A DNA stretch of 63,190 bases, filler included. It is 9 parts of 9 records of this genome, joined end to end, with 100 filler letters (N's around TTAATTAATTAA, not from the genome) between each part and the next. Parts side by side here need not be neighbours in the genome. Positions count along the whole stretch, not along the records: positions 54,140 to 59,696 come from SRR7504441_7652; positions 59,797 to 63,190 come from SRR7504441_7665; 7 more parts are not named here. One strand, given 5' to 3'. The translations under genes and the position numbers were made by a program. The notes under the pieces are model-generated. The model made no database searches. It saw only the letters and a list, made by a program, of their open reading frames with translations, and was not told where the DNA came from. Position 1 is the stretch's first letter, and every line of letters begins with the position of its first letter. Below, in pieces: positions 56,563 to 63,190 of the stretch.

Positions 56563-57900
56563 ATGACGCTTTCGGAGCTGGGGCTCGGGCTGGACGGGGT
56601 GCAGCAGTGGGTCAGCCGGGCGGCGGACTGGGCCGGACTGCACGAGTACGCACTGCTCGCCCTGCTGCTGCTGGCCGCTGGCTGGGCGTGCAGCCTGGCG
56701 CTCGCCCGCAAGCCAGCAGCGAGCCGATTCGAGGGCACCGCCTCGGCCGAGCTGCGGAGGAGGCGGATAAACAACCTGCGGACCAGCAGCAAGCTGTTTA
56801 CCCCGCCCTTCCCGAATGGCTGGTACTGCCTGTGCCGATCCTCCGACCTGCAGAAAGGGGAGGTGGTGCCTGTTGCCGCCTTCGGGCGGGAGGTGGTCTG
56901 CTTCCGCGGTCGGAAGGACGGAAAGGTCGGGGTGCTTCACGCGTTCTGTCCGCACCTGGGCACCCACCTCGGGTACGGGGGGCACGTAGAGAAGGACAGC
57001 ATCGTCTGCCCGTACCACAGCTGGTCTTTCAATCGGTCCGGCCAGTGCACCCAGATCCCATACACAGAGCGCTCGATAGACAGCTTCGGGCAGCGGGTCA
57101 ACGCCAAGAGCTACCCGTGCGTCGAGGCGGCCGGCTGCGTGCTCGCCTGGTTCCACGCGGACGGAGCCGACCCTTGGTATCAGCCGACTCTGCTGCAGGA
57201 GCTTGAATCAGCCCGGATGAAGTTTGTGGGAGACTTTGAGGTGGACGACTGGCACATGCACTTGACCGAGCCGTCCCAGAACGCGTGCGACTGGTACCAT
57301 TTCAAGACCGTGCATCAGTGGCTCGGGCAGCAGCCGTCGGCAAAGCTCAAGTGGATCTGGGTTCAGCATGCATGCAAGACGCACATGAATCTGCTCGGCA
57401 AAAACCCCAACGGCGACCACCGATGCATCCGTGACTCGCTGTCACCCAAGGGCGAGCTGCTCCCGCCGGAGATGATTGTGCTCGAGGAGTCGCCCGTGAT
57501 TATTAGGCTGTTCGGTTGGCTGCCTGTACCGGGACCGCTGTTCAGGCATTTCAAAGCCGAAGCTTGGTTCCAAGGCCCGCAGCTGTCTGTCTTCCGAGTG
57601 CGGAGCTGGCTATTCGGGGAGAGCCGGACCATATTTTGCTTCACGCCGGAGAAGCCGTTCCTGCAGCGGTGTATCTGCCGGTCGTATTGCTCGTGGCGGA
57701 TGCCCGAGTGGTTGGGCCGATTTCTCGCTCGAAACGGGATTGCGACGATCGAGCAGGACAGGAGGGTGTGGGAGAACAAACTAACCTGTAACCCGCGCAA
57801 TCTGGTCACCAAGGATGGGCCGTTCGCTGCGTATGGCACCTGGGTCAAGCAATTCTACTCGGAGTCTTCAGCCAGCTGGGACGGCAGTCTAGACTGGTGA
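56563..57900 (+). CDS. nvd: Rieske sterol C7-desaturase (Neverland/DAF-36 family)
   Basis: N-terminal TM; PPFPNGWY; Rieske CPHLG..CPYHSW; iron motif DWYHFKTVH; EQDRRVWENK..KQFYSESS..LDW. Confidence 0.9.
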   Translation: MTLSELGLGLDGVQQWVSRAADWAGLHEYALLALLLLAAGWACSLALARKPAASRFEGTASAELRRRRINNLRTSSKLFTPPFPNGWYCLCRSSDLQKGEVVPVAAFGREVVCFRGRKDGKVGVLHAFCPHLGTHLGYGGHVEKDSIVCPYHSWSFNRSGQCTQIPYTERSIDSFGQRVNAKSYPCVEAAGCVLAWFHADGADPWYQPTLLQELESARMKFVGDFEVDDWHMHLTEPSQNACDWYHFKTVHQWLGQQPSAKLKWIWVQHACKTHMNLLGKNPNGDHRCIRDSLSPKGELLPPEMIVLEESPVIIRLFGWLPVPGPLFRHFKAEAWFQGPQLSVFRVRSWLFGESRTIFCFTPEKPFLQRCICRSYCSWRMPEWLGRFLARNGIATIEQDRRVWENKLTCNPRNLVTKDGPFAAYGTWVKQFYSESSASWDGSLDW

Positions 57901-58091
57901 GTGAACTTAGAGTGAACCCGGGCCTGCATGGGCGCCCTATGCGCCGGACCGAATGGCGCAGGACACATGCTCGCCCTCCTCGCGTTCATTCACACACGCT
58001 TGCCAAGCTCGTGAACATAGCATTGCGCTTGCCGTGCCTTAGCTATACTGATAGGGCTGCCATTTTAGCATGATTGTTACCACTGTGATGT

Positions 58092-59664
58092 TTACAATGT
58101 ATCTAAAGTCGTTGCCTTATCCGGCTTAAAATCAGGCTTATCAGGCTCCGAGAGCTCTACCGTTGGCAACGGATTACATTGAAGATCCATCTTTCCGATG
58201 TCGCCACCGTCTGGCAAGCTCTGCAAGCTCGGCGAGCTCGGCGCACGCGGTTGTGCATACCGAGATAACAACCCACTCAAAATAGCCAACCCCACGACGC
58301 CCGCTGCGGCGGAAAGATAAACCCGCCAGCCTATTGTCTCGACCAGCCACGCAGACGCCAAAGTGCCGGTGGCTGCCATAGCAAACGTGAGGGTCTCGGT
58401 CACTCCTTGAAGTCTTTCCTTCTCCTCGGCAGGGCAGCTCTTGTCAAGGAGCACAGTCCCACCGATGAAGCCGAAATTCCATCCAAACCCGAGTACAACC
58501 AGCCCTGTAAAGAACTGCCAGAGCCCTGTGCCTGTGAGCGTGAGAAGGATGGCCCCCATGAGCACGGCAGTGCCGATGTAAGACACCCATGCAGGCGAGA
58601 GCCACTGTATCACGTTGCCGGTGACAAATGAGGGCGCGAACATTGCGGCCAGATGCAGCTGTATCACTAGGGTGGCTTGGTCGAGGGAGTAGCCCTCGTC
58701 TAGCATGACTATCGGGGTCGGAGTCATTACGGCCACCATAACAGCGAAGCAAACCCCAGAGAGCATCATGGCCTCGCCCCGGCCGTCCACGAAATACTCG
58801 AGGAACGACAGCCTCGCACTCTGCTCGCCCGCTTCCGTTTCGGCTTGCGGTGCACCCTGTGGGTAAGTCACGGGCATGAGCAGGAGCAACTGCACAGCAT
58901 GCATACCCGCAAGTAGGGAGTAAGAGCCAACATACGCTGCTCCGAACAAGTCCTTGCTGCGCGTGGCGGTCTCCGGGCCCGCGAACGCTCCTATGAGCCC
59001 GCCTGCTAGTACCAGCGACGGCGCCCTGGACTTCCAGGCGCCTTCAGGCACACACTCGAGCGCCGCAAATCGAATCAGCTGGGTGCCGATCGAAGCCACC
59101 CCAAGCAGCAAACTACCCGCCGACAGCAGCGCCACAGAGCGCAGCGCAGCTGCCTTGACGCAGACCAGCGCCCCCAACGCCCCGACGGTGCACGCCACAG
59201 CGAACCCGACACGCCGGCCGTAAGCCTTCATTAATGCCGAGAGCGGGTAAGCCGCGAGGCAGGAGCCCGCGAACTGGATGCCGGTGGGCACCGTGGCCAG
59301 CGACTCGTCGCCCGAGTCTCGCTCGAGCATCTCCTTGGCCGCCGGGGCCGTGGCGGCGAGCGTACCTGCCACCAGCAGCGGGGTGGGCCCGGCTCGTGGG
59401 GCACCGGTCACCGCACATCACCGCGAACCCGAAGGCGTACGCGGAGCACAGCGCCGTCAGCGAGGCGATCTCCCGGCATCCGAGGGCGGGTGGCTCCTCG
59501 GGCGCTGCAGGTCCCTTCTCCGCCGCAGCCACAGCAGCAGGGTTCGACTGCAACGTCATTGCCGGTGGCGGCGGCCCCGGAGGAGGCTCTGGTGGCCCCT
59601 TGCCATCGTCTTCACTGCCGCGGTCTTCGGGGGCGTCCAGTTGAACCACGCGGTCCTCACCCAT
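58092..59664 (-). CDS. MFS transporter
   Basis: About 12 TM; LMKAYGRRVGF, RFAALE, IQLHLAAMFAPSFVTG and LGFGWNFGFIGGT. One GT-AG intron. Confidence 0.85.
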
Positions 59665-59922
59665 CGGTTGTCTAGTACAGACCTAGACTCAGGCTCNNNN
59701 NNNNNNNNNNNNNNNNNNNNNNNNNNNNNNNNNNNNNNNNTTAATTAATTAANNNNNNNNNNNNNNNNNNNNNNNNNNNNNNNNNNNNNNNNNNNNGCAT
59801 CTCCGGCGGCGCAGAGAGGATGAAAATGAGGATCTATGAGCAGCGCCCAAGCTCGTATTAAACCTGAATCGCGCTTTTATTACATAGTAAGCAGCAGTGT
59901 AGGTGATTATCTATGGCAAGAT

Positions 59923-61137
59923 TCAATATGATTGGGGGACGGCCTTCGCGTCTTTCAAACTGTCAAGATAAACCACAAGCTCCTTAGCCGTGTCATCGAT
60001 TCTCCTCAACTCCTTCCGTTGCCCAGTCATCGCTTGCTCAGTCTCCGCTTGCACTTCGACCACCTTTTGCATTGTCCGCATCTCCGATTCGAGCTGCTCT
60101 ACTCTAGCCTGCAGCGCCTCCTCCCGCTCACTGGCCGCCGCCGGCTCCCATCTGCCTTCCGTAACAAACGTTGAAGAGCCCACCTCCGGGCCGCTCGCCG
60201 CGCGCTCCTTGACCAGCTTCTCCACCTGAGCCTCGGTTGAGATTAACTGGGCCTCGAGCTGGCCCAGCCGGTCGGTCAGCGTGTCCCGCTCGGCCAGCAG
60301 TGAGTCTATCATGCTCATCAGCCTGGCCTGCATCGCGCCCCCGTCTTCCGGCTCCGGCTCGGGCTCCGGCTGCGGGCTGCGCTGCCGGCGCTGGAGCCTG
60401 TCCAGCTTGCTGCCGAGCGTCTGGATGCAGAAGACCATCTCAGCCATCAGCCGCTCTTGCTGCTGCTGCACCTGACTCAGCAGACTCCCCCGCTCCGCAC
60501 ACTGCGTGCTCACTTGCCTGCAAGCCTCATGCAGCACAGCATCGATCGCCTTGGCCTGAGGCGCCAGCACCTCCAGCACCTCCCCCACGTCCGCCCGGCA
60601 CACCGCCTGCTCCACCCTGGAGGCGGCCGCCTGAGTGTCCGAGAAAAGCGACTCAAACACTCTTGTAAGCTCCAGCACCTCCCGCCGGGAAGCCGGCTGG
60701 GCGGACGGGAAGACGATCGTGCGGAAGGCCTGATGCTCCTCGCTCCACACCACCATCTTGTCCCCCCCGCTTGATGAGCCCAGAATCCCCCCGACCGTCG
60801 GTTCACTCTTCCAGAAAGCCGCCGGTATCCTGGTCGGCTCACTCGGAGTAGCCTCCCGCTCCGGGGTGGGCTCCCCAGTAGCTGGGAAGCGCTCTACAGG
60901 CCGCCGGCTGCCGGTGGAGTCCACTGCCAGCCGGGAGCCGTACATTGATGGGTCAAACAGCCCTGAGGCGTCCAGCGTGGGCGGGGTGGATTTGGCCCGT
61001 CGGATCGGGTATTTCAAGGTGTCACACTTGTGCCTGACTTGGGCGAGCGAAGGCAGCGTCCGGATCGCGTGCTGCACCGCCAGGTCCTCCTGCAGGAACC
61101 CCGGCAGCGCGCACTCGGGCTCCTGGTACAGCGCCAT
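59923..61137 (-). CDS. Axonemal dynein light chain domain protein (p28/DNALI1/AXDND1-like)
   Basis: FPSAQPASRREVLEL and LHEACRQVSTQCAERGSLL followed by coiled coil. Confidence 0.8.
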   Translation of the reverse strand: MALYQEPECALPGFLQEDLAVQHAIRTLPSLAQVRHKCDTLKYPIRRAKSTPPTLDASGLFDPSMYGSRLAVDSTGSRRPVERFPATGEPTPEREATPSEPTRIPAAFWKSEPTVGGILGSSSGGDKMVVWSEEHQAFRTIVFPSAQPASRREVLELTRVFESLFSDTQAAASRVEQAVCRADVGEVLEVLAPQAKAIDAVLHEACRQVSTQCAERGSLLSQVQQQQERLMAEMVFCIQTLGSKLDRLQRRQRSPQPEPEPEPEDGGAMQARLMSMIDSLLAERDTLTDRLGQLEAQLISTEAQVEKLVKERAASGPEVGSSTFVTEGRWEPAAASEREEALQARVEQLESEMRTMQKVVEVQAETEQAMTGQRKELRRIDDTAKELVVYLDSLKDAKAVPQSY

Positions 61138-61229
61138 CGGAGCCCCTGGCACCGCTGCCTCCTCCAAATAGCTGAGCGAGCAACGGAAAGCGAGTTGGCC
61201 GTGATGAAGAGGCACTGAGGAGGGGGGGG

Positions 61230-62245
61230 ATGCGGCCTCGGCGGAATGGGTTCCAACGGCCCTGGACCCTGGTCCAGGCACCGCCCGCCCGCGCGGCCCG
61301 GCTCACTGGCCCCAGATCTCCACCTTTGCCATCTACCTGGCGCTCGGCGGCCTCGCCCCATGCCTGTGGGCCACCGCGGGGCTGGTCCGCCCGCCGCACC
61401 CCCCGGAGCCCCAGCCCCGGCGGCAGGAGCGCACGCTGTTCTCGCGGGCGGTCTTCTACGGCTTGGTCGGGGGCGGGGCGGGGCTGATGCTCCTGTGGGT
61501 GTGGATCGAGGCTGGCGACCCAGGAGTTGACCAGGTACCCGTCGCCTCGCCGGGGCCCACCGGGGGACAGCGGCCGGTGCCGGCGGCGCCCGGGAGCCCG
61601 CCGCGGGAGCTCTGCCGGTTCTGCTACACGCCGCAGGTATCGGGCGGGCGGGTGGGGGGAGGGCTGAGCGGGGGGCAGGGTCCGCGGACTAAACACTGCG
61701 GCCTGTGTAATAAATGTGCGGCGGCCGGTTTGCAATGTGAGCGGGGTGCAGGCGTGGACGAGTTTGACCACCACTGCCTGTACCTGAACACCTGCGTCGG
61801 GGGCTCCAACTACGGAAAGTTTGTGACGCTCGTGCTGCTGTCTGTGCTGGTTCTTGCTGCCCAGAGCGGGTTCTGTATCTACCTCATCCCGCAGCAACGG
61901 CACATCAGCGTGCCCCGGACCGCCGCCCTCTGCGCGGTGGGGCTGGTGGCGCTGGCCATTAGTGCACTCTGCGCCAGCCTCCTGTCGGCGCACGCGTATC
62001 TCCGGCTTTGTCGGCATCAAACGACTTACGAGTTCCTACGAGAGCGGAAAGCCAAGCGGATGGAGCGGATCTGGAAGGCCCAGCAGGCGGCCGAGCAGCA
62101 GGAGTACGCGCCGGACCCCGCGGCCGAGGCGCCCGAGCCGGATCCGGGGAACGCGGTGCTTGTGCCGGAGCCGGTGGCCCAAGAGAGCGCCGCGGACGAG
62201 ATCGTGGGCCGGGCCTCCTCCTTCTTCGGGGTCTCCACCGAGTGA
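61230..62245 (+). CDS. DHHC palmitoyltransferase
   Basis: RRNGFQRPW N-terminus; CRFC..[26 protein letters not shown]; TTYEF. Several introns, first GC-AG 61278-61315. Confidence 0.92.
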
Positions 62246-62526
62246 GCCTCTTACTGGGCGCTTTGCCGCATCTCACGGTATTAGTTACGTTTTGTAATCG
62301 TCACAATTTGTTGCTCGTGATATAACATTAGCTACTCGTGATCCAATCGTTGAATCGTATAAAGAGGTGTGCACACTCTTTTATTGTAGCGGATGAACGT
62401 ATAGGATTGGCGCTCTATTCGATGTCGCACATCGTTGCTACGCATTTAGACGCATGCAATTAAGAGCTCAAGCCTGGTCAGGCCAGTGCGCCGTGCCGTT
62501 GTGATGTGTAAATAACGGTCATATCC

Positions 62527-63190
62527 ATGGGAAACGAGGCAAGCAGTGGAGTTTCGGCGGTCGCCGGGACGGCCGAGCTGGTCTTCTCGCTGCTTGACCA
62601 GGACGGGGACGGCCAGATCACGGAGGACGAGAGCTACGTGGTCACTGTCCAGCTCACACCCGACCTGCAGGCCGCGCAGGAGGCCTGGGATCTCTTCTTC
62701 CGGGACCGGAAGCCGGGGCCGGTGAGCAAGCAGGAGTGGGTGAGCTTCTTCGGTAAGCGGGCGGGCGAGACCGAGGAGGAGCTGAAGGAGAACTTTCCGC
62801 GCACCGAGAAGGAGCTGCAAGAGCTGTACAGAGCTATCCACAAGCAGAAGGTGTGTCGGGCGGCGGCCGGCTGCGGCTGACGGCGAGGCCACAGGAGTCG
62901 CAGCTCGAGCAGCTGCTCACGCAGTGCTTCCAGATGGTGGACACCGACGGCGACGGGTCGATCGACCGAACCGAGAGCTTCACGGCACCGGGCTGGCCAG
63001 GACGGGGGGGCTGACGGGGGGGCAGATCGGGCGAATCATGCAGCCGGGGGCGAGCGATGCGGCGCTGGAACAGTTCTGGGGAGAGATGCAGGCGGACCAC
63101 GACGCGAACAAGGACGAGCGGATCCAGCTGGCCGGTGGGCGGGCGGGGGTGGCGGGGGGCGGGAGCGGGCGGCGCAGAGTGGCTCGGCTT
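62527..63190 (+). CDS. N-myristoylated multi-EF-hand calcium-binding protein, 3'-truncated
   Basis: MGNEAS start; EF loops DQDGDGQITEDE, DTDGDGSIDRTE and DANKDERIQLA. Confidence 0.8.

Noticed and set aside
57411-57450. Possible GC-AG intron in the Neverland gene
   Set aside because: The 38-nt candidate would shift the frame, and the ORF is already continuous.
13901-59796. Regularly recurring TTAATTAATTAA palindromes as a biological repeat or CRISPR
   Set aside because: They are identical N-padded six-frame-stop linkers added when concatenating contigs. Gene adjacency across them is meaningless.
61253-61259. CCAACGG as a promoter motif
   Set aside because: It lies inside the DHHC coding sequence (FQR codons).
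5245-62880. Stop-codon reassignment or readthrough to explain broken ORFs
   Set aside because: Breaks are explained by short GT/GC-AG introns, and TAA, TAG and TGA all terminate genes normally.
69-63100. Numerous long overlapping antisense or alternate-frame ORFs in the ORF track
   Set aside because: They are expected shadows of GC-rich coding DNA and show no independent motifs.

Overview
This is eukaryotic nuclear DNA from a gene-dense, GC-rich, probably flagellated phagotrophic protist (lineage not identifiable from sequence alone). It consists of nine unrelated contigs joined by eight artificial 100-nt N/TTAATTAATTAA/N spacers. I reconstructed about 35 protein-coding genes by hand plus one tRNA-Val(UAC). 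Most genes are split by very short introns (mostly 37-50 nt), many with GC donors. Recognisable genes include CHD1, a MATH+LRR protein, TCP11, a cPLA2-like lipase, LtrA, a C69 peptidase, a GH31 sulfoquinovosidase-like enzyme, two MFS transporters, DD3-3, a PHD-like oxygenase, an ASK21-type SKP1, mitochondrial-type IleRS, a PH-AGC kinase, a sarcosine oxidase-like enzyme, a UBA-UBX protein, a Neverland Rieske desaturase, an axonemal dynein light-chain-domain protein and a DHHC palmitoyltransferase. The most notable observation is a 566-bp internal inversion (35807-36372) in a surface beta-helix gene; flipping it restores both reading frames exactly. Other highlights are a microhomology-type deletion in the C69 gene, frequent weak-consensus GC-AG mini-introns, a TACnnGTA motif enriched in 3' intergenic DNA, and a YAACGG motif in ultra-compact bidirectional promoters. 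No transposase, CRISPR or rRNA was seen. Exon structures and family calls are by eye and from memory, not from database searches.
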